From a virus (lineage: Duplodnaviria; Caudoviricetes), in the IMG/VR virus record IMGVR_UViG_2974602183_000001, positions 32,001 through 96,000 of that record: a DNA stretch of 64,000 bases, one strand, 5' to 3'. This document shows, piece by piece, positions 7,317 to 13,761 of the stretch (the stretch's first letter is position 1; each line of letters opens with the position of its first letter). The notes beneath the pieces were generated by a model. The model was given only the letters and a program-made list of their open reading frames with translations. It had not been told where the DNA came from and did no database searches. The translations under genes and the position numbers were made by a program.

Positions 7317-7396
7317 TGGTCTAAGGCGAGGAATTGAACCTCTTCAAAGCTCTTTCGATACTGTAAACAGTAGCCTGAACCACAGGCGCACCCAAG
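7317..7396 (-). ncRNA. tRNA-like RNA with non-canonical anticodon loop
   Basis: D arm GCCTG-TGGTT-CAGGC, TACTG-TTTA-CAGTA arm, GAGG-TTCAATT-CCTC T arm, ACCA. Confidence 0.65.
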
Positions 7397-7400
7397 AAAT

Positions 7401-7450
7401 TGGAGGGGCTGGATAAAACCCGACTGGTCTAGAAATCCAATCACACCCCC
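7401..7450 (-). ncRNA. CCA-ended mini tRNA-like RNA (50 nt)
   Basis: GGGG/CCCC-T-CCA acceptor, GATTGG/CCAGTC arm. Confidence 0.5.
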
Positions 7451-7599
7451 TAATTTGGGAGGTTTTACGTACCTCGATTAAGGCTGTCCTCCTGCGACAA
7501 GCTCAACGACTGTTCTGACTTTACAACCGACAGCTCGGTTCTGCCCGCATTATTGAGTTAACAGCTATCTTGGGTGTTGCTGAACTAACGTCTCAAAAT

Positions 7600-7677
7600 T
7601 GGTCGGCACTGTAGGACTCGAACCCACGACCCCTCCGTCCCAAACGGAGCGCTCTAACACTACTGAGCTAAGCACCG
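7600..7677 (-). tRNA. tRNA-Pro(TGG)
   Basis: CTCCG-TTTGGGA-CGGAG, CGG 5' end, ACCA. Confidence 0.92.
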
Positions 7678-7682
7678 GTATA

Positions 7683-7739
7683 TGGTGCGTTGTTACCCTA
7701 GTATCCTCGAAGGCTTATTTCTGAATCTACTAGCAACGC
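7683..7739 (-). ncRNA. CCA-ended hairpin (acceptor-stem mimic)
   Basis: GCGTTG/CAACGC-A-CCA plus CTAGTA/TACTAG helix. Confidence 0.55.
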
Positions 7740-7745
7740 ATTATT

Positions 7746-7828
7746 TGGCACACGCAGATGGACTCGAACCACCATTTTCAGCTCCTCTTACGGATAGGGC
7801 ATTCGTAGTACCCCTCGGCTATGCGTGC
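7746..7828 (-). tRNA. atypical D-armless tRNA-like RNA with ACG (Arg) loop
   Basis: GCACGCA/TGCGTGT-GCCA acceptor, GGGTA-CTACGAA-TGCCC arm, normal T arm, no D hairpin. Confidence 0.65.
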
Positions 7829-7835
7829 ATTAAAT

Positions 7836-7911
7836 TGGTACTGGTAACTGGAGTCGAACCAGCCTTTCTCGATTATCAGTCGAGCACTTTCCCGCGACAG
7901 TGCATACCATT
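7836..7911 (-). tRNA. tRNA-Ile(GAT)
   Basis: CTCGA-CTGATAA-TCGAG, ACCA; odd D arm. Confidence 0.85.
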
Positions 7912-7912
7912 G

Positions 7913-8116
7913 TTATTCATCTTCGTCTTCGTACTCATCGTCGAAGACTGCTATTACGGTTTGGTAATCAAGAGCACCGGCGTCGTCATAGACGTATAGT
8001 TCTCCGGTTTCTGTGTTAAGAATCTTACTAAAACGAAAATAAAATTCGTTATCGAAACACTGACCTAGGTCAGAATATAGTGAGATTTCTTGGCTCTCAT
8101 TGATAAACACAATCAT
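7913..8116 (-). CDS. acidic hypothetical protein
   Basis: start reassigned to ATG 8116 (GGAG SD); longer track ORF overlaps tRNA-Gly. Confidence 0.65.
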   Translation of the reverse strand: MIVFINESQEISLYSDLGQCFDNEFYFRFSKILNTETGELYVYDDAGALDYQTVIAVFDDEYEDEDE

Positions 8117-8131
8117 AATAGACTCCAAAAT

Positions 8132-8207
8132 TGGAATGCCTAGGGGGAATCGAACCCCACTCTGCAACGCTTGGAAGGCGCGCGGCACAACCCGTGTACT
8201 TAGGCAC
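8132..8207 (-). tRNA. tRNA-Gly(TCC)
   Basis: loop CTTCCAA, U73, CCA. Confidence 0.85.
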
Positions 8208-8213
8208 ATTGTT

Positions 8214-8292
8214 TGGGCGGGAGCAGCGCAGGTATTATAGGCTGTTGATTTAGCCTGCGCTTCTGACGATTACCAGCTTCTAGGTAACTCCC
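8214..8292 (-). ncRNA. CCA-ended three-way-junction RNA
   Basis: GGGAG/CTCCC closing, TTACC/GGTAA and AGCGCAGG/CCTGCGCT helices. Confidence 0.5.
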
Positions 8293-8298
8293 ATTGTT

Positions 8299-8394
8299 TG
8301 GCGTGGTTTGGGGAATCTAACCCCTGAGCAAATACTATTCCCGCGAGTATTTTCTATAGAGGAGTCGAACCTCTATGCGCTATAGCAAGACCAC
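8299..8394 (-). ncRNA. tRNA-like RNA with two T-loop hairpins
   Basis: GTGGT/ACCAC-G-CCA; ATAGAGG-TTCGACT-CCTCTAT and GGGG-TTAGATT-CCCC. Confidence 0.65.
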
Positions 8395-8401
8395 TATAAT
8401 T

Positions 8402-8480
8402 TGGCGCGATGTACGGGATTCGAACCCGTGACCTTCTCCGTGACAGGGAGACATCCTAGACCTGACTAGACCAACACCGC
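8402..8480 (-). tRNA. tRNA-Asp(GTC)
   Basis: TCTCC-CTGTCAC-GGAGA, GCCA. Confidence 0.92.
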
Positions 8481-8488
8481 ATTGTTCT

Positions 8489-8662
8489 TTACCAGTTTCC
8501 AGCATTTATCGCTTTCTTTAAGCGACGTTTGCTGATACCGAATTGTTGTCTAACCGTTTTTAGACTGGCTCCATAAGCGTAAGCATACAAAGCTGCTTTC
8601 ATTTTACCACCTTTAGGGATAATCCAACCCATAGAACTAATTACCATAAACTGATTAAACAT
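8489..8662 (-). CDS. small basic protein (57 aa), possible HTH
   Basis: AGGA SD after promoter; GASLKTVRQQFGISKRRLKK. Confidence 0.55.
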   Translation of the reverse strand: MFNQFMVISSMGWIIPKGGKMKAALYAYAYGASLKTVRQQFGISKRRLKKAINAGNW

Positions 8663-8693
8663 AAGTTTTCCTTTTCTCTCAATTTCTAAAGTT

Positions 8694-8722
8694 ATTATAG
8701 CAATAATAAACTCGTTAGGCTA
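8694..8722 (-). promoter_or_regulatory. phage sigma70-type promoter
   Basis: TAGCCT-17-TATAAT. Confidence 0.7.
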
Positions 8723-8740
8723 TTGAAAGTTTTCGTAATT

Positions 8741-8817
8741 TGGCGGAGACAGGTGGACTCGAACCACCGACCAGCAACTTAACAGGATGCCACTCTAACC
8801 AACTGAGTTATGTCCCC
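8741..8817 (-). tRNA. tRNA-Asn(GTT)
   Basis: loop CTGTTAA, GCCA. Confidence 0.9.
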
Positions 8818-8822
8818 AAATT

Positions 8823-8912
8823 TGGTGCCGCAACTAGGAATCGAACCTAGGGAGCCACTTTCGTGACACGGGGTCTACAATCCCGCCGTCCTCCATAGAC
8901 GTTTATTACGAC
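8823..8912 (-). tRNA. tRNA-Tyr(GTA)
   Basis: loop TTGTAGA, long variable arm, ACCA. Confidence 0.88.
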
Positions 8913-9052
8913 GGTAATTTGGTACTCCTGGCATGGCAGAAGATTTTAGTAGAATCTGTCGCATCTACTTTGCCTCTCCAGTACTACTCTATCTTAAACC
9001 TTACATTAAGGCGGAACCGTAGTTCTATTGGTTTATGTACTAGCAGATAGTT

Positions 9053-9128
9053 TGGTGGAATCTGAGGGACTCGAACCCTCGACCTGAGCCTTGCAAAGAC
9101 CCTGCTCTCCCAACTGAGCTAAGACCCC
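9053..9128 (-). tRNA. tRNA-Ala(TGC)
   Basis: loop TTTGCAA, G3-U70, ACCA. Confidence 0.93.
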
Positions 9129-9131
9129 GAA

Positions 9132-9288
9132 ATCTCTTTGATGAAAGCTGTCGTCCAAACCGGTTACAGACAACGTGAACTCCGACTCTTTCGCATACAG
9201 GTTTGCGCGTTGAGGGTGCCCTGAGGATTTCAGCAGTGTTATACCCACATTTAGCTGCTATCGTCTTTGTTCGCTTTCTCGAAGAAAT
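9132..9288 (-). ncRNA. structured ncRNA candidate (~157 nt)
   Basis: closing stem ATTTCTTCGAGAAAGC/GCTTTCATCAAAGAGAT; begins just after promoter 9305-9333. Confidence 0.55.
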
Positions 9289-9304
9289 CTCAATTTGTTT
9301 GATT

Positions 9305-9333
9305 ATTATATCAATTTCCTGTGTCTCAGGCAA
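9305..9333 (-). promoter_or_regulatory. phage sigma70-type promoter
   Basis: TTGCCT-17-TATAAT. Confidence 0.7.
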
Positions 9334-9346
9334 TTGATTTTTTAAA

Positions 9347-9524
9347 TTTCTTTAGCTTAACACCCTAAGCTCCGCGTTACTCTCGTGGGTTTCACAAGGT
9401 ATCTCAAAGCCCTCTTTTACACCATCGGAGTTGCTATCTCCAAGACATCCGCCACCTTGTCATCTCCCTGTCTTCGGGCGTGTTTTCTAGCGCTGGCACG
9501 AGTTCAGAATGTTAACTAAAGAAA
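9347..9524 (-). ncRNA. rod-shaped ncRNA (178 nt), 6S-like size
   Basis: ~21-bp terminal helix TTTCTTTAG-TTAACATTCTGA/TTAGGGTGTTAA-G-CTAAAGAAA; inner ACAAGGT/ACCTTGT. Confidence 0.6.
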
Positions 9525-9547
9525 TCTAAGTAGACCTCTTTAGAATA

Positions 9548-9622
9548 TGGTACTCGGTGCGGGAGTCGAACCCGCCCTCTCAGGTTGAAAACCTGATGAC
9601 CTAACCGATAGTCGAACCGAGC
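9548..9622 (-). tRNA. tRNA-Glu(TTC)
   Basis: TCAGG-TTTTCAA-CCTGA, ACCA. Confidence 0.92.
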
Positions 9623-10125
9623 ATTTGTTTTAATTCATCTAAGGGCATCTGTACCCACTCATGTGAGAAAGAGCTGTTACTATGAAAGTCTTTTTCTCTA
9701 GCTACATAGTCTATGCAGGGTAGATACCATTCTAGTTTAAAGTCCCGAAACGGGGTTCCTGTCTGGTAGTTAAGTAGTCTTGTTTCCGCATCCTTTGCCG
9801 CACCTACTTTATACCATCCAGGGTACGCTGGGTTTGACACTATATACACGTAACCTATGTGATTGGGTATGGAGTGTAACTTACAGAGGATATTTAGTGT
9901 CATTAAGGAAAATACCTTCTGTTTCTCTAACTGCTTTTTGTAATATTGTAGGGACTTGTCTACTTTACCGTATTTCTTCCTGCATTTAGCTCTAGTAACA
10001 AACTTTGCGTACCCGTTGACTATCAAGCTAGGTTTTCTTGAGATAGAATGAAACAGTTTATTTTTGTGAACCCAGTCAAGAAGCTCCTTGACTCTAATGT
10101 CCCGATTATTTTTCTGTGTTTTCAT
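9601..10125 (-). CDS. GIY-YIG nuclease, T5orf172/MUG113-like
   Basis: GYVYIVSNPAYPGWYKVG...RL..YQTGTP...E motif. Confidence 0.85.
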   Translation of the reverse strand: MKTQKNNRDIRVKELLDWVHKNKLFHSISRKPSLIVNGYAKFVTRAKCRKKYGKVDKSLQYYKKQLEKQKVFSLMTLNILCKLHSIPNHIGYVYIVSNPAYPGWYKVGAAKDAETRLLNYQTGTPFRDFKLEWYLPCIDYVAREKDFHSNSSFSHEWVQMPLDELKQMLGSTIG

Positions 10126-10142
10126 AACACCTCAATTTAAAT

Positions 10143-10221
10143 TGGTACGCCGCCCGAGACTTGAACTCGGAACCTACTGGTTAAAAGCCAGGTGCTACTG
10201 ACCAAATTGAGCTAGCGACGT
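10143..10221 (-). tRNA. tRNA-Lys(TTT)
   Basis: loop CTTTTAA, ACCA. Confidence 0.9.
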
Positions 10222-10222
10222 A

Positions 10223-10398
10223 TGGAGTGCTCAGTATAAATTATGCATGGGTATATTTATTAATCGCCTCGCCCATAAGCGATATTCGGTAAACTTCTGC
10301 GCGAACGATGGTAGTCGAAAGTTTCGCAGTTCACCTGAATGTAATTGGGTTCCTAGGCACCGTATCCTAGGTTTTACCTGCATATATTCTTGGGGCAT
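10223..10398 (-). ncRNA. multibranch CCA-ended ncRNA candidate (~175 nt)
   Basis: TATGCA/TGCATA closing; hairpins CCTAGG/CCTAGG, ATTCAGGTGAACT/AGTTTACCGAAT, ATCGCTT/AGGCGAT; ends TCCA. Confidence 0.55.
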
Positions 10399-10410
10399 GC
10401 AGAACCAAAA

Positions 10411-10488
10411 TGGATGCGGGAGAGGGAATCGAACCCTGTACTCCAGCTTATGAGACTGGAAAGGTGACCACACCTACCTACACCCGCG
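10411..10488 (-). tRNA. tRNA-Met(CAT), C1:A72 mismatch
   Basis: loop CTCATAA; CGCGGG 5' end; TCCA. Confidence 0.8.
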
Positions 10489-10553
10489 TTTATTCTTTTC
10501 TCAATTTGTTTGATTATTATATCAAACTTTTCGACTATTGAGCTAATGATTTT

Positions 10554-10886
10554 TTATTTATTTTGGTACTTGCTCAAAATTCGGTCGACTGTATCGAATT
10601 CTTCTTTCGGAAGACTGTCTAAATCAACGTTTTCCATTAGCTTACGCATGTTAGCAAGGTCAGCTTGGCGATGTGCTGTGTACCAGTCACGCACTTCGTT
10701 ATTTAGGATGTCTGTGTCTACATCTTCCTCGATAGCTCTGGTAACTACATAGCAAAGCATACGTGTCAGGTTATCCATATGAGTATGGGCTTTACCTAGA
10801 CTATTTTTTAGACGACGTACTTCTTGTTGGGCGGACTCTTTATCCGCTCGCTCTACGTCGATTGGTTCGTAGCTTCTGCATGGCAT
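10554..10886 (-). CDS. hypothetical protein
   Basis: start reassigned to ATG 10886 (AAGGAG SD; MPCRSYEP). Confidence 0.75.
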   Translation of the reverse strand: MPCRSYEPIDVERADKESAQQEVRRLKNSLGKAHTHMDNLTRMLCYVVTRAIEEDVDTDILNNEVRDWYTAHRQADLANMRKLMENVDLDSLPKEEFDTVDRILSKYQNK

Positions 10887-10924
10887 AATAAGCTCCTTAG
10901 CTTTGTTTTCCAATTTGTTTGAAT

Positions 10925-10953
10925 ATTATATAATACTCAAAGAGATTGGGCAA
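10925..10953 (-). promoter_or_regulatory. phage sigma70-type promoter
   Basis: TTGCCC-17-TATAAT. Confidence 0.65.
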
Positions 10954-10971
10954 ACGTAATTTTAAATTATT

Positions 10972-11048
10972 TGGTTGAGGTAGGCGGACTCGAACCGCCG
11001 ACTCAGGGATTATGATTCCCCAGCTCTGACCTACTGAGCTACACCTCA
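10972..11048 (-). tRNA. tRNA-Met(CAT), possibly initiator
   Basis: GGGGA-ATCATAA-TCCCT, AACCA. Confidence 0.88.
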
Positions 11049-11088
11049 ATTAGAAATTGAGAGGTTGTTTCTCTCAATTTCTGTAATT

Positions 11089-11117
11089 ATTATATCAAGA
11101 TTTTACCTTGAAAGCTA
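11089..11117 (-). promoter_or_regulatory. promoter heading tRNA cluster
   Basis: AAATCTTCAA-TAGCTT-17-TATAAT. Confidence 0.7.
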
Positions 11118-11125
11118 TTGAAGAT

Positions 11126-11419
11126 TTAATCAATGTGGCGGGAAAGTGCCTCGTCAATCGCTTCAATAAGACCGTCTACACCTTTTTCTCGGTATAGTGC
11201 TTTTGCACGCTTAACTTCGCTCTTATACGTGCCCTCTACGTGTTGAAGGGTACGAGTGCTAACAGTAAACTCGTTTTCTTCACCTTTGTTTTGTACGTAG
11301 TCACGCTGAGTAGTGCGTAGGCCACCATAGACCATTTTAGTTTCTAGGATACGACCTGATTCGCTAGAGTTTAGTAAGGCTAGCGTACGAATAAGTTTTG
11401 AATTACGACCTGATGCCAT
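11126..11419 (-). CDS. hypothetical protein
   Basis: ORF 97 aa adjacent to upstream ORF. Confidence 0.75.
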   Translation of the reverse strand: MASGRNSKLIRTLALLNSSESGRILETKMVYGGLRTTQRDYVQNKGEENEFTVSTRTLQHVEGTYKSEVKRAKALYREKGVDGLIEAIDEALSRHID

Positions 11420-11420
11420 A

Positions 11421-11597
11421 TTAGAATAGCCCCTTTTGGTTAGCTGCGTGATAGATTGCTGCTTCTGACTTAGAAACCGAAGTTCCTCGTGAAAGCAACG
11501 CTAGGATTTTTTGTAGACCCTTGAAGCGAGTAGTCATTACTTTCGCTGCGTAGTCATGGTTAGAGAACATCTTCCCTCGGCGCGACATCTTTTGCAT
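11421..11597 (-). CDS. hypothetical protein (58 aa)
   Basis: AAGGA SD after promoter 11628-11656; MQKMSRRGKMFSNHDY... Confidence 0.6.
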   Translation of the reverse strand: MQKMSRRGKMFSNHDYAAKVMTTRFKGLQKILALLSRGTSVSKSEAAIYHAANQKGLF

Positions 11598-11690
11598 GGT
11601 GTTTCCTTGTTTTCTGATTAAGATATTATTATACGAAAATTTAAGAGGTTGGGCAAATAAAGTTTTTAATTATTCGCCCTTAACTGGGGT

Positions 11691-11957
11691 TTAACGAACA
11701 GCGTACCAACCCTTATCGCCACGAGCGATTAGCACTTGGTCTCCAGAAGTTAGGAGAACGCTGTAGAGTGTATTGCCTTTTTTGTCTTTCTCTGTATCAG
11801 AGTAAATCGCTGAGATGCGCTCGATGGAAGAGGAGCGGCTTCGCTGTAGGCGACCCGTGTAATCAGTTGGCGCTTTCGCATTTCGCGCGGTGTATAGGTT
11901 TACCTTTACAGTTTCGCCAACTACAGGTGCTTTTACTACTTTATTAGTGTTAGACAT
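11691..11957 (-). CDS. hypothetical protein
   Basis: GAGGA SD after promoter 11995-12023. Confidence 0.75.
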   Translation of the reverse strand: MSNTNKVVKAPVVGETVKVNLYTARNAKAPTDYTGRLQRSRSSSIERISAIYSDTEKDKKGNTLYSVLLTSGDQVLIARGDKGWYAVR

Positions 11958-12032
11958 AATCTTTCCTCTTTGTCGTTTTTTAATTTATGAAACTATTATA
12001 CGTTTATTCGAGCTATTCAGCAACTGAAGAAA

Positions 12033-12704
12033 TCAACTTTGTAGGGCTGAGGCCTCCAAAATTGCATTGTAAATTTTGTGTGTGTATTTGATTTGATGCT
12101 TGCAGTCATCTAAACCAAAGTGCGGGATACCTTCAAACTCTTCCTGTCCTTTAAAGGACGGGGCTAGAGAATGCAAAGTACGAATATCACGATCGCCACT
12201 GTAACCCCAAGGGTAATCATTTTCTCGATTCGCTCTCTCATACAAATCCGCTACCTTACCGCAATCGAAGCGAGCACCATTGCCATAGATTAGAGGGCGT
12301 GGGCCGGACTCATCAATATCGCGGTCTATTTTGTGTTTATTCTGAATTTCCCATTGATAGGTAATCATACGTACCGTATCCCTGATATGGGTCAGAGCTT
12401 CGTTTACTCCCCACGGAAGTTTACCGATTGTTTGGTTTTGGTAATCGTCCATAGCTAGAAGTAACTTATCGCGGGCTTCTTGTGTCTGAGTTAACCAGAA
12501 ACCTAGAGTACCGCTAGATACCGTTCGACCTGCCTGCAACTGTTCATCTACGGAAAGGTGTAGGGTCATTTCATGTACAATTTTACCAGTGTCGATTTCG
12601 AAAGCTACTAGTGAAATTTCCGGAACTACTGCTGAGTTAGCGGTAGCCAGTGTCTCTAGGTCAGCCATCCATCCTAGGTGTTGATGTAGATTAGGTGCTA
12701 GCAT
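12033..12704 (-). CDS. DEDDh 3'-5' exo(ribo)nuclease, RNase AS-like
   Basis: DLETL, GNGARFD, RDIRTL, HFGLDDCKHQ motifs. Confidence 0.85.
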   Translation of the reverse strand: MLAPNLHQHLGWMADLETLATANSAVVPEISLVAFEIDTGKIVHEMTLHLSVDEQLQAGRTVSSGTLGFWLTQTQEARDKLLLAMDDYQNQTIGKLPWGVNEALTHIRDTVRMITYQWEIQNKHKIDRDIDESGPRPLIYGNGARFDCGKVADLYERANRENDYPWGYSGDRDIRTLHSLAPSFKGQEEFEGIPHFGLDDCKHQIKYTHKIYNAILEASALQS

Positions 12705-12747
12705 ATGGTCTCCTGTGTTGTTAGAATGCTAATATAAATAATAGTAC

Positions 12748-12885
12748 TTATATTAGAACTCTGGGAGGCTCGATATCGTCGAGCCATTCGTCCATCCAGT
12801 TAGTATTGCGGGTGTACTTAGTTCTATCACGATGCACTGCTGCCTTATTAAAGGAGCGTGCGTGCTTAGCTACAAAATTGCGCAT
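12748..12885 (-). CDS. small basic protein (45 aa)
   Basis: AAGGAG SD after promoter 12912-12940; MRNFVAKHARSFNKAAVHRDRTKYTR. Confidence 0.65.
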   Translation of the reverse strand: MRNFVAKHARSFNKAAVHRDRTKYTRNTNWMDEWLDDIEPPRVLI

Positions 12886-12949
12886 AGTATCTCCTTTCAA
12901 ATTAGAAGTATATTATACGCAAAATGTATCTAATTAGCAACTGTAATTT

Positions 12950-13444
12950 TTAATGTTTATCTAGATATTCCTGAAATTCAGCCTCATCCATAGCTAGATT
13001 GGCTAGAGCGTCCGCTGCCCTGTTGCCAACCGCGTTAAAACTATTGCCTGTTGCGTGTCCTGGGACATGAATAACTTCTACCATATCCCCTAACTCTTTA
13101 CATAGGTGGTACACCTGTCGCCATAGCTCTACGTTTTTAACTGGTTTGTTGGCCGAGGTTCTCCAGTGATTCTTTATCCACTTGGGCATCCATTCGTTGA
13201 TTCCCTGTTTTACATAATTAGAATCTGTGCGGATAGACACTTTAACTTTGGCTTTCTTAGCCCACTCTAACGCTCTCAATACTGCCGTTAGCTCGGTGAA
13301 GTTATTGGTATATCCAAAGCTTGAGCCAAAGCCCTCAGATTTAGAGCCTACACGAACCTCGTTCTTGTCGTAAACCACCATTGCCCAAGCGGAGACACCC
13401 TTGCCGTTACCACGAGCCCCTCCGTCAGTAAATACATAATACAT
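12950..13444 (-). CDS. rnhA: ribonuclease HI
   Basis: FTDGGARGN, TNNFTEL, TDSNYV, VKNVELW, HVPGH, N..ADALA; start reassigned to MYYVFTDG. Confidence 0.95.
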   Translation of the reverse strand: MYYVFTDGGARGNGKGVSAWAMVVYDKNEVRVGSKSEGFGSSFGYTNNFTELTAVLRALEWAKKAKVKVSIRTDSNYVKQGINEWMPKWIKNHWRTSANKPVKNVELWRQVYHLCKELGDMVEVIHVPGHATGNSFNAVGNRAADALANLAMDEAEFQEYLDKH

Positions 13445-13695
13445 TATACGCTCCAATCTCTTTCTACAGGAAGATTTCGCAAATCCCATTGCCAAGCATC
13501 GCACACTTTCAAAATCTGTATGCTGGCCATCTCTGGGTCGGTTTCCTCCCACAACCCTGCCAGTAAGGGGTCTTTGTCATCCCTTACACATCTATTTATG
13601 AAATGCTGTCCTAGTCTATAACTAGGCTCCTTTTCCGCAACACCAGAGTACTCTAGTATCAAAGCATGTATAGATATAGTTTTTAGTTCAGCCAT
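13444..13695 (-). CDS. hypothetical protein
   Basis: start at MAELK (13695) downstream of promoter 13727-13755; YRLGQHFIN motif. Confidence 0.7.
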   Translation of the reverse strand: MAELKTISIHALILEYSGVAEKEPSYRLGQHFINRCVRDDKDPLLAGLWEETDPEMASIQILKVCDAWQWDLRNLPVERDWSV

Positions 13696-13761
13696 AGAAA
13701 AGCCCTCAATTCCAGAATATAAGTATATTATACGGAATTGAGGGCTTTTTAGCAATTAAAA

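Noticed and set aside
7317-7450. UUA/CUA triplets in loops as nonsense-suppressor tRNAs implying stop-codon recoding
   Set aside because: Loops are not canonical 7-nt anticodon loops, and conserved genes read normally in code 11
7682-7999. 105-aa plus-strand ORF
   Set aside because: Antisense to tRNA-Ile and tRNA-like elements
8920-8984. Further CCA-ended element before tRNA-Tyr
   Set aside because: Closing stem is short and interrupted; too weak to call without conservation data
9033-9333. Minus-strand ORFs 9040-9333 and 9033-9248
   Set aside because: Run through tRNA-Ala and a structured RNA; the longer one starts inside a promoter -35 box
10231-10473. ORFs on both strands over tRNA-Met and adjacent RNA
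   Set aside because: Overlap tRNA; no SD; region better explained as structured RNA
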